Assembly: GCA_030141605.1 (NCBI GenBank)
Contig: JAQGDQ010000001.1
Location: 1,302,001 to 1,366,000 of the forward strand
DNA from: Tubiluchus corallicola
Taxonomy: Eukaryota > Animalia > Priapulida
Reading direction: 5' to 3'
DNA length: 64,000 bases
Each line of letters starts with the position of its first letter. Position 1 is the first letter of the stretch. This document shows, in pieces, positions 1-11,560 of the stretch. The notes beneath the pieces are model-generated. The model searched no databases, was not told the origin of the DNA, and was given only the letters and a program-made list of their open reading frames with translations. Position numbers and translations under genes: made by a program.

Positions 1-348
1 CCAAAAGAGAGCTGTAAAACAGTAGAAAGCTTCACTATTATGCTTTAGCATGCTCTGTGGCAATATAATTTTCATTATCTTTCGTTTTGCTTTGAATGGT
101 TTGTGTAACTAATCTGATATACATGTTGGGTGCCGACTCCTTGTTTATAGCGAATGATAGTTTCGACCTTAGGCTAAAAATTAGTATAATAAGTGTTTAT
201 AATAGAGAAAAAACAGACTGTGGGAAAATTTTTAAAAACGTGTATCATTTAGCAGATGACCCCGGTTTAAAACCTTTTTTTAAAATTAGTAATAAAAGTG
301 AATAAGAATAACTTTTTGTTTCGTTGTAGGAAGTTTATTTAATTTACA

Positions 349-1290
349 ATGGATGATTGTCACTACACTGTAGATGAGCTAGAAGCACAGTACCAGTGTT
401 CGCAATGGAACCGAAGGGGACCAAGTGGACAAAAAATACCTTCTGAGGATGTTATGAAGGAATTTTATGAAAATTTAGTTGCAAAGTCTGAACAAGTTAG
501 AACTGCTTATCCTAGACAGCTTGGGATTGTTTATGGTACGACTGAGCGACAAATATATGATATTTTTGCAGCTCCTGATTGTGGCATAGATGCACCTATT
601 CTGATTTACATACATGGTGGATATTGGCAAGAAGGACATCCATCTGATTATAGTGGAATAGTTAAGCCGTTTCTAGGAGCTAACACTGTAGTTGCAATTT
701 TGGGCTATGATTTGTGCCCGCATGTTACAGTGGGTGAGATTGTCGACGAAATTAAAAAAGGTGTCGGTCATATTTTGCGCATGGCATACAGGAATGGCTC
801 TCGGGGTGTTTATATTGCAGGACATTCTGCTGGGGCACATTTAACTGCTATGTTACTCACTACTGACTGGACAGAAGAATTCAAACCATCATCTCTTATC
901 AAAGGTGCTATTCTTTTGAGTGGCGTGTATGACCTTCGGCCTCTTGTTTTGACTTCAATAGGCCGTGGAGCAATGCTAACAGAAGCAGATGCCACAGCAC
1001 TGAGTCCTCTAAATAATGAAGAGCTAAAGGAAATGATGCACAAGCAACTGTCTAAATATAATAAGACATTTAGTGCCCTCTTTGCTTTAGGCGAATATGA
1101 ATCAGACGAGTTTCATCGCCAAAGCAAAGAATTTGCACAGTTTTTTAGATCCATTGATGTTCACGTGACTGAATTGATTGTAAAGGGCTGTGATCATATT
1201 AATTTAATAGAAAACATAGCTGTAAAAGAAGATTATGAATTAACTCACGCAATCATGAAGGCAATGCAAATTGAGACAGGCAGCTGTTGA
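349..1290 (+). CDS. AFMID: Kynurenine formamidase (arylformamidase), alpha/beta-hydrolase, intronless CDS, 313 aa
   Basis: HGGYW oxyanion motif, GHSAG nucleophile elbow, LLSGVYDL, and C-terminal DH (GCDHINL); N-terminal LEAQYQCSQW resembles the L..QYSPS.W segment of this family. A polypyrimidine tract plus AG at 328-329 suggests a 5'UTR intron. Confidence 0.88.
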   Translation: MDDCHYTVDELEAQYQCSQWNRRGPSGQKIPSEDVMKEFYENLVAKSEQVRTAYPRQLGIVYGTTERQIYDIFAAPDCGIDAPILIYIHGGYWQEGHPSDYSGIVKPFLGANTVVAILGYDLCPHVTVGEIVDEIKKGVGHILRMAYRNGSRGVYIAGHSAGAHLTAMLLTTDWTEEFKPSSLIKGAILLSGVYDLRPLVLTSIGRGAMLTEADATALSPLNNEELKEMMHKQLSKYNKTFSALFALGEYESDEFHRQSKEFAQFFRSIDVHVTELIVKGCDHINLIENIAVKEDYELTHAIMKAMQIETGSC

Positions 1291-4200
1291 TACACGTTTA
1301 TACATTAAATCTAGCCATTTAACTTCAATACGTGTAATGAAGTACTTTGAGTACTATAATTATGTAAGTTACAACATAGAGCATCTCGTTCTGTGTATGT
1401 GTATGCCAAGAATCAAAGGCTAATATAAATTACATTATTTCGAATCATTTTTTGATGATGGAAATTGAACATTATTCTGTTTCACCAAACATTTTCAGAC
1501 AATTAAATTGTACATGCCAGCTGTGCAAGTACAACATCAAAGCCTTAACAAAGTGAAGTATTTGTAACTATAAATTCAAGAATTTTTTCATTTTAAATTT
1601 ATTTTGTACATTTAAAAAGTACATGGCATTATATAAAAAAATTACATTCAGCTATTTTCTGGTGAATCATGCTGGTAAGTAAGGAAAGATTAGTCAAAAT
1701 AAAGTAAATAGGTATATTAATAGAATGAAGCACTACAAGTTCTTGACATAGTGAGTTAATTGTTATAATATTTGTTTTCAATGCTTACTTAAGTGAGCAG
1801 GTATAATTAATTTTGAAAAGAAAAAATTAAGGGTGCTTTATTTTTTATGGTAATGTTTTAAATTTTGATAATTTTTTTAAATGTATGTGATGTTTTTTAA
1901 AGGAAAAGCCAAGTCTCCTGGAAAATTGAGCCTGTTTTAATATGTGAGATCCGTTGGATATATTGTACAGTATTTACATACTTTAAGGTATAGTCCTGTG
2001 GATTAAAACTATGCAAGCACTTTAAAGTTGTTGCTAATTCATCGGATGACTAATTTTTACATAAACACAATGCAAGTAAGCAATTTATTGTCATCACAAT
2101 AATACATGTAATGAAATTTGTATGGTCTTATATACTAGAGCAAAAGATAATTAGCATAAATTAATTCAATCAGTAGTCGCACAAGTGGTAATAAACTACA
2201 TACACTGCGATAGAGAATATTGCAAATTTACTGAAATTTACTGTGGACAGTGCAAATTGCAAAAGATAGAAAGAATTTGAAGTACTTGTCATTTTAGTGT
2301 TAATTGAACAGTATCTACAACCACAGGGGCGCATTTCAAAAAATTTAATACCTGTTTAGCAGTAGTTGCTAATGATAACTTACACGCTCTTTGCGACCCT
2401 CGTTTCGTACAAATGTGCTATAGGTTGCTGTTGAATTCCTGGAACAGCGGAATTTCTGAGTAAACTGCAGAATTTTACATGTACCTTCACCGCATTTACA
2501 CCATCCGGCTGACATCAAATATTTCTCAAATATGTTTGCATCGAGGTTTGTTTGGCACAGATAAAAAATATTTAAGTTTCTTGCATTTTAAAGCAATGCG
2601 CTTTTTGTGCATATACTGTGTGTTAATTTCAATATTTTTAATTGTGTTAAAATATAATGAATGTTGTTCCAGGGTTGGCTTTTCCTCTAATGTTCCTATA
2701 CTTTACAAAATAATTTCCATTGACTGTGATGCAATTATAAAATGAACATTTATTGTTAGTGAACTTTGTGTGGTTTTACGTACTAGTAAAAACTGCTAAA
2801 GAATAAAAATCTCTGTGTGATTTTACATTATAGCTTTTCTTTACTTTTGTACAGTATTGTTGCCATTCTTCGAGGTGTTGGTGGCAATAACTATTGTGTG
2901 GCTGTTCCTTTTTTATTGATATACAGTATTAGTTACTTCATATATCAGCTAATTTTACTGACTTTGCTAGCCACTTATTTAGCCTTTTCTTTCCATTTTC
3001 ATTTAAAAGTACACTTTTAAATTCTAGACTATACACACAAGATTTTTTTGTGTGTTGTGGTAGTAATTTTGGTTTCAATTTTTTGGCAGTAAACTATAAC
3101 AGACATTTATTGCAAAGTGAGCTTGTAAATAAAAATGTTCAAGTTGACATGCAATTTTAGCAAAGTTTTTCTTTACAATGCAGAAATAGTTGAGTTCTTT
3201 GCTTGGCCATTACTAATGATTATGTCATTTCTAATGCAAATAATGATATATCAGTTGCCAATGTAGAAGCATGTCTTAAATCAGAGAAACAGACTATATA
3301 AAATAATGTAAAAAAGCATTTTTAATCATGTACAACCAGTCCTGTAAGGTGTCATCCACAATTATGATGATATCATGTTTATGCCCAATTTCGAGAACCT
3401 ACCTACCTTGCGCCACTACCTATCTACCTATATTGATATCAATATTACATGGATGTAGCTTTTTCTACATTTTATTCTTCCTCCTCCCACGGACAGGCAA
3501 CATCACTTTTTGTGTTAATTGACGAGATCTGATTTGCGGATTCTTTTGACATCCGTAGTAGTGTCGTTTGCTGCTGGCATGCATGTGTAAAAAAAGCTTG
3601 AAGTCAGATAATGATAGTTATGACTAAATCAACTACCTACCTTGCATTAATGGCGTTATCACGTCTCCTGCCACCACCTATCCTAAACTTGATATCGTTG
3701 TAATGTATCGTACTGTAATTTTGTATATTAGGGACATTGTAATTTTTTAGCATTCTAGGTACTGAAAGTTCCAGTTCTGAATTTTATCAAGGCTTGCATA
3801 CGACAAATATGACTATTTTTCTATTTTTGTCGTAAAGTATGTACTGCATTTTGAACAAAAATTAAACTTGATGAAATGCTGTGTGTTTACAATATTTTAG
3901 ACCTTTGAAACCTAGTTTAGTGTTGCAGTAAATAAGACTAGATCTGATATGAAAGAAAGACCCGTAATAAAAATCGGACAATAGAGATTATACCTCTTTT
4001 GAAAAATAACGAGAAGTGAAAGTTAATGTACATAATTATATTTTCACATTTCTCACCAGTCGTGAAGAATTACTGCTTGTTTGTATGCTTATTAATTTTT
4101 TATATGTACATGTATACTACTTCCCTTGTACTATTATTATTAATTAGTTCTTACAAATTATATTTTCATGTGTATGTAACTGGGTATAATTATGGCTCTA

Positions 4201-4434
4201 TATGAGATGATTAACCTGTCATAAAACCTTTGAAATATACATTCATATTTTCACAATGCTTATGTCATTAATTTTATCCAATAAAAATTTTTATCAATGC
4301 GTATAATGCAAAGCTGAGCGGTGATAATAGGAAAAGGGAATACTGGGAACTGTTCTGTCTCTGCTAGTGCAAAGTAGATGCTGCCCTCTAACACCATATT
4401 TCAGTTATCCCGAATTTGAATTCGAAAACAGTAA

Positions 4435-4444
4435 CAGATGGCGC
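4435..4444 (+). promoter_or_regulatory. CAGATGGCGC motif (CTCF/YY1-like) about 150 bp upstream of the XPR1 ATG
   Basis: The same 10-mer occurs at 39338-39347 and matches the AGATGGCGC core of the CTCF consensus. Confidence 0.35.
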
Positions 4445-4587
4445 AACAGTCACCGTTGTTTGCGAAAGCTAGTTCCAGAGAAAGAGAGACATGTTATTTT
4501 TCTTTTCTTTGGAATTATTAGTTTTTGTGTACTTTTATTTGAAATAATTGAATTCCTATGGGTTAGTTGTGAGAAAGCGATTCTGAG

Positions 4588-4656
4588 ATGAAATTCGCTG
4601 AACATCTTGGTGCACATATTACACCAGAATGGCATAAACAATACATACAGTATGAG
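4588..4656 (+). CDS. XPR1: XPR1 exon 1 (SPX start)
   Basis: [23 protein letters not shown], then GTAAGT donor. Confidence 0.95.
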
Positions 4657-7600
4657 GTAAGTTTAGTGAAATGTAGGGCTTAAAAACCTACTGATACTTA
4701 CCGACAACTACTAACTTCATCTAAATGACTATATAACCGGTGGCGATGGTAGTAGGGGCTGTGAGCTTGGACAAGCTTGTGTAATTACCGACGAGTACTA
4801 GCTTCATCTAAATGACAATACAATCGGTGGCAATGGTAGTAGGGGCTGTAAGCTAGGACAAGCTTGTGTTGCACACCCCCAATCTTCAAGAACTGCTCCA
4901 AGTGGCTCTTGAAAGCATTTACACTGGTAGAGTTCACTGCTTCCTCTGTTGACCGGTTCCAGGTATTAATAACCCTTTGGATAAAACTATACTTCCTAAG
5001 ATCAAGTCCTAAGAACAAGTCTAGACCTCTTCACTATTTTTTTTTGAAGTGACCTCTTGTTCTACTATCATCATTAACAGTAAAAAAAGTAATTACATTC
5101 CAGACCTTAGAGTCAATTCACAATTATAAAAACTTCATTTCAATCAGATCCGTTCTCCGTCGACGGTGTTCTAGGGGCATTAATCTGCATCTTTTCAGTT
5201 TTTGCTCATATGTTAACTCCGCAAAACTAGGACACTCAGTCAAGTTTATAACTCTCTCTTGTATGCCTTCAAGCAATCTAATATCTTTCACGATATAGGA
5301 TCTCCATGCCTGCACGCAGTAATCTAAGTATGGTCTAACAAAACTTTTGTACAGTTTTGCAATTACTTCTTTGTCTCTGTTAATAAAAGACCTTTTTATA
5401 ATGCCCAACATTCTGTTAGCCTTCCTGATTGCTTCCACACATTGACTGCTGGACTTTAGTGATTTATTTATTAATACTCCCAAATCTTTAATTTCAGTAG
5501 TACTGTCCAATCTCATCTCCCATAAATTAATCATAACGCGCATTATTAAAACGAAAATGGATTGCACACTTCTCCACATTAAATAGCATCTGCCAATCAA
5601 GTAGCCACTCATATATTTTGCTCAAGTCTTCTTGTATGGTAAAGGCTTCTTTAGAACTACCCACTGCTTTGAAAATCTTGGTGTCATCAGCATACTTTAG
5701 AATAGCACTGAAATTGTTCTCATCGATATCATTTATACAGATTAAAAACAAAACCGGTTTCGAGTACAGATCCTTGTGGAACTCCACCTAGTACTTCACC
5801 CCTTGAAGACATATTTCCATTTACAACCACACATTGTGTTCTTTCACACACATACTACTCGATCCATTTCAACACCCATCCATCAACACCATGCATTCTC
5901 TACTTCGAAAGCAGACGTTTGTGGGGAGCCTTATCAAATTCTTTGCTAAAATTTAAATAAATGGGCTGAGTGACTTTCCAAAAAATACAATATATTAGTA
6001 AGACATGATCTACCCTTTGTGAGACCATGCTGCGAACCCCCTAATAAGATTGTTATTTTTCAAATACTCAATTCATATAATACCTTTTGGAATATTTCCA
6101 GTGACTGTTGCCAAAATTAATGCAAAAAGATATCACAAACATCTTTTGCATTGTGGCCCAATTAGTCATTTATTTAAAATGAAAGTCACTCTTAGCCTTT
6201 TTAGACGAAAGTTTTTTCCTCTTCTGAGCTGCTTTCTGTGCAAATATGTAAATGTCTGTATGCATATTTCTGTAAATAGTTTTTTTACTTCACTGCGACT
6301 GGATAAACAGCTTGAGTTGCATAGCAAATATAAAATCATTCTATGAATGGCGTATACATGCAATACTAAAAATTGCAACTTTTGGTGTTTCGGCAACTAA
6401 AACATTTAATGCCAAAAACATAGCATCTTCGTAGCAAATGTTCTGCCCTAATGCTAAATTTTACATAACAATGCTGATACAAAACATAACTTAAAATCTG
6501 ACCATTTGTGTGGGAAACTCATCAAATTTCGCTTCATTGAAAGCTGGATTCAAATTATTACGTAAAGTTTCAGAACAAAAATTAACTCATCAAATTTTGC
6601 TTCATCGGGTACTACATTAAAATTATAGTTCCTATTTTCTTTTTTAGTGTATCAGAAGCAGCCATATTTAATTTGTTGACAGTGAAATAAAACACTTTCA
6701 GGTTAATTCTGATTAAAAATTGTGTTCGCACATATAGTGTACTGTAGCAGCAAAAAAAATTATTTGTTTTCAACTCTATTTCAGCTTTTATAATTTTTGA
6801 TGTTTAAAAATTTTCAGTGATTGCAATTTGGTGATCTTCATGTTTTTAAAATTTCCTTGTTCCTGGCCTGCAAATGATCATTGATGGATGATTTTACCTG
6901 GCTTTATTATAAGTTTGCTCGACTTCAATATTAATTTTGTTCACAACAAAAATATTTGTGCTGCAAAACAACAAAAGCCTAGCATATTTTTTACTAGTGA
7001 AATACTCGGGATCATTATTCATTAATTCAAAGTTACTGCACTTATCATAATTAAGGTGTTTACCATAATTAAGTCTTAACCACAGTGCACCCATTATTTT
7101 AGTTTGTTGTTGTTACAAATGCTGTATTGAATTTTCAGAGCAACAGCCATGAATTCTATAATGGCTTGATAAAAGACTAATGACAACACTGACATGTACT
7201 TCATGATCATCGTCTAATAAATATTTTGTGCGTAGCAAAAGCATACGAAATATATTTCTTCTGTAATTTAACAACCCAAGGATGTCACTTTTGCAGAAAA
7301 AACTATTTACCATAAAGCTGTTGATAAATCCATGACAGGATTGCGTTGCAGGTTTTTCTTACAGACTTAACTAGAACCAGATTTGTATGCTATGCAATTA
7401 ACATTTCCGACTTGTGGCGCCGTATGGTGCCTATTTATTTTTCAAGTGTTAAATGCATGTTAGATGAAACAGTTTCAATCCAATTTGCTTTGCCATTGTT
7501 CGAAGTTCATGACAGTGTAATTGAGTAGTGGCAGAATAACTAGTTAAAGGTATTCCCTTTACTGTGAATTCTGCTGATTAGAATTTATACAAAAACTGAT

Positions 7601-10600
7601 TTTAGTTGTATGAACTTGCATCATTGTATGCTGCTTTCATAAGTGCACACAACTTAAGAGTTGATTGTCAGCCTCAGAAATTATTAATTAATGTAAGATT
7701 CCGGATTTTTGCAAATTATCAAATATTTTTTTACTAGTTCTAATAACAATACCTTGAAAGCAAGTCATTGTTTTTAAACTTGCACCCCAGCCTAAAAGAT
7801 GTGTGTGCAGGAGTTTTACATTAATCTTTTATTATACTAAATCTCAAATTATTACCTTGGCAGGTTAAACACATTTTTTATTCTGTGTATGACTATTTTA
7901 GGTATAGTCCACTATCCTGCATTTAATGATTTTAGAAGTTTGCAATGTTTGACAAATGTTTGTGACACTTGATAGTTTGATTTTGGCTTTTTGCAATGTT
8001 GGCTGAGTCAAGGTGACTTTGCAAAGCAGCACATTCTGTTATTGCAAAAGGAATGAAAAAAACAGAGCAATTCCAAAATAAACATCTAAATGTGGCTCAG
8101 CATTAAACAAACTAAGACCTCATGTTTAGTTCATTTATTCATAAATCTTCATTTATTTTTGTTACTAGACTACATTTTAAAATGTAAAGAGATGGTAGTG
8201 GTTTTCACTGTGACCCAAAATATGTTATATATTAAACTGCACTTAGCATGTATAATATTTGTTTGCTAATGTTAAGTTTGCTCAAAAGATGGGCATGATT
8301 ATTATTCTTTTTTGACTAAATAAAATCGCCCATTTTCGTGTTGTTTGACAGACAGTGTATTGCACTATGGCATTACTTGTGCATAAATTGACCTGCTTTG
8401 AATATAGTTAGTGGAAAGAACACGAAATTGGGTTTTCATACAAACTAAAATTTGTCAACATTGTTTGGAGCTCTCTGGTTCCTTCTGTAATGGATATAGA
8501 AGAATTCCAGATATTTCTGAATGTTAAGGTGATGTTTTGTGAGATTATGTGGATACATTTCTTCCATTATTTATTTTTGGAAAAAAAATCTGCTGCATTC
8601 TCTAAATCTTTCTACCATCATAAACAAGTCTAGGCTGTAAAGCATATTAGACTGATTCAAAGTTGTTAAATGGTACAAATGAACAGGATAATAACTGAAT
8701 AACTGAATGTAGTTACCAAGAAAACACAAAATGCAAACTTGATCTGCTTTTACTATCTCTCATATCTCTCATAACAGCTAGGCACTTGCTGTTAAAATTA
8801 TGTTTAGTGGCATATATATATATATAGATACAGTTTTTGGTTACTCTATATATTAATTCTACTGGTATATATATATATATATAAGATTCAAGGCTACAGC
8901 TCCGACGACGGTACCATTTGCGGCGATCTATATACCAAACGAAAGGTCTCGATCTAGTGTCGTGCCATTGGGGGTTTATTTTTTGAATCGGGCCCACCGG
9001 GACAAACGGGGGGGGGGGGGGGGTGGCGAAATCTTTATTGAATCTGAAACAGTATAAAAATGTACTTTATAAGGATGCATGTTAACTAGAACGAGCCACT
9101 GGGAGACAAACCATATTATAACACTTAAGGCCTTTCTGTAACTCTGACTATGGTTTCCTGCATAATATACAATTACCAACCATTGTGGCTTGTAAAATAC
9201 AATTTAAAGAAGTGAATAGCAATAGAAAAAATGGAACAGTCATTCTTCCAAATAATAATAGTTTGGTTAGCTACCATATTACAGTTAGACACTAGCAAGG
9301 AACAAACAAAGCAAAACAATACAGACTCATCAAAGCCACACCCTATCCACAACTGTACCACATCAGGAGCCACCAGGAGGAACTTTACTGGGATCTTTGG
9401 TGACTTGAGTATATTCAACTGTGAAAATTATGTACATTTCCTCAATTCTTGTAGCATTGGCAAAAATTATTTGCTGACTTCTGGGCTAGCATTTTTAAAT
9501 ATGGTCACTGAGCAATTGACTGCTTGTAATAGTTCTGCTGGAACTTTTACATTATATAATAGTGGGCATATACTTATAAATAAATTTTTCTTAACTGCTG
9601 AAAGCTGAATACATGGCTCTTCCTGGAAGATGCATGAAAAATTCTGGGAAAATTCTTGCTCTTAACCAGAGCCTTTAACTTAAAACAGTGAAATTTTTAT
9701 TGGGCATATAACTGTTCTTACACTGCTGGCTTTAATTTATTAGCATGTAACACTCAGCGCCGTCAGTTTAAAAAGACAAAAAATAATCTATTAACACAAT
9801 AAGTCATTAAATTTATCTGACTGAATTTTTACTTAATGTAGATCTGCAACAAGTTGGAGTCTGTCCTTATACTTAGAAGATATGTGAAATTTATGGTAGC
9901 TGTATTTTTTTCCTATTTTTGTTTGTATTGTTGTTTACTGTATTTCAGTAATTTTGCCTGTGTTCGCTTTTAAGGAATTTGTGATTGTCTATCTGCCCAC
10001 AGCTCTTATATGCAAGACACGTTTGATATGTGATTGATGGTGTTTTCAGTATATTGTTACATCTCTGTTTGTTTATACTGAACTAGTTTTTGTTTATTTC
10101 AGCCACTCAAAGAAATGCTGTATGCAGCACAGGAGGAAGCACCCAATCCAGAAGGTAATATGATTAGCCTGCCTATCTGTATATATATATTTTCTTGCAT
10201 CTGCTTGAAAATTGCATATTCAGCAAAACTGATTTCGAGCCATAAACAATTTTAGCTCTTTAACCACACAGTGTCAGAACTCTTACCCCAGTTGTCTACC
10301 CTACAATCTTTGTATCTATGTACTATAGTTTTAGAGTTATTCGGTGTAATGTCTCGAACTGACAATGTCCTGTGTCTTGGCTGTTTCACCTTGTCACCGT
10401 TCACCATGTCTATGTCTGCCCCAGATGTTTATGGTGCAAAGGGCTTAGCCTTCTGCGTTAAGTGGCAAAGACACTTGACCTAATTTTTACATTTTGGTTT
10501 CTGTCTCGGGGCCCTTAAAGAATCCCAGCTTTTTAAAGCTATTTTCCCACAATCCTAAATACTTAGGAAAAAAATTTGATTGCAGTCGAACAACTGACTG

Positions 10601-11521
10601 AGGTCACCATCACCATTAACAATAATAGGAAATCTACTTATGGATTCCCTTAGATTCACGGTCCTCACAGATAACAATGCACACTAATGAAAGAGTCAAA
10701 CAGTGGCATATCACTTTCATTTCAACAAGCCATGATATGTCGTATTGGAGTGCAACAGTGCAGTATCATGTTTGCTCAACATGATGATGTTCCATGTTAC
10801 TTCTGGCTGAAAATGATCATAATTCATGAGAAAATCTTCACATTTTGTTTTACTCAAATTAAGAACTAAGACATGAAATTGCTTCCTCGTTCATGTTAGT
10901 AAGAGTTGATTTCAATGATTTACATTGGTACATGCATTACATAGCTTAAGTTTTAGCAGCAACACTCAAAGAGCTTTATTTTTTTTAGCAATTTCAAAAT
11001 GATAATGATGTTTCTTTGTTGTTTTTGTAAAAATGATAAGCTTCTTCAAGTTCTTTCAAAGAATAATATATAGTACCAAATGTTGACACTGTTTATTAAA
11101 CTTGTTTTGTTGTTTTGCAGAATGATAGTTTGTAATAAAATAATTTTTGTTTTTTGTAGCTTCAGAACATTGGTATCTATATGCACTGAAGCTTCAAAGT
11201 AGGCTAGGTCTTGTACTTTGTGCTTTGTACACAAATAAAGCTTTCCCAATACACATAATACACATAAAACAAGATAGCTTGAAGAAAGTGTAGTAGCACT
11301 TTCATTGGGGTCTGGTTATTTGTTTTATTAAGTTTACTAACCAGCAACAGCAGCTGTGGTCGCAAAGCAGTCACTCAGCCTAGCTGAGTGATGTTGAACC
11401 CACTCGAGTTGACTTACTTTGATATGTCTGCAAATATTCTCTTGTAAATGTCAAATATAAACTCACTCTTTTTTTTAACAGAGTACATATTTGATGATAA
11501 AAATAATTTTTATCAAAATAA

Positions 11522-11560
<39 letters not shown>

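Noticed and set aside
6516-6605. 68-bp-period direct repeat (aactcatcaaattt.gcttcat)
   Set aside because: Two short copies only; ordinary local duplication or TE-internal repeat.
9231-9608. 125-aa ORF with a hydrophobic N-terminus in XPR1 intron 1
   Set aside because: No domain motif; the length is attainable by chance in a 64-kb window.
11371-11391. Perfect 9-bp hairpin TCACTCAGC-CTA-GCTGAGTGA
   Set aside because: Isolated, with no Helitron terminus or other supporting structure recognised.
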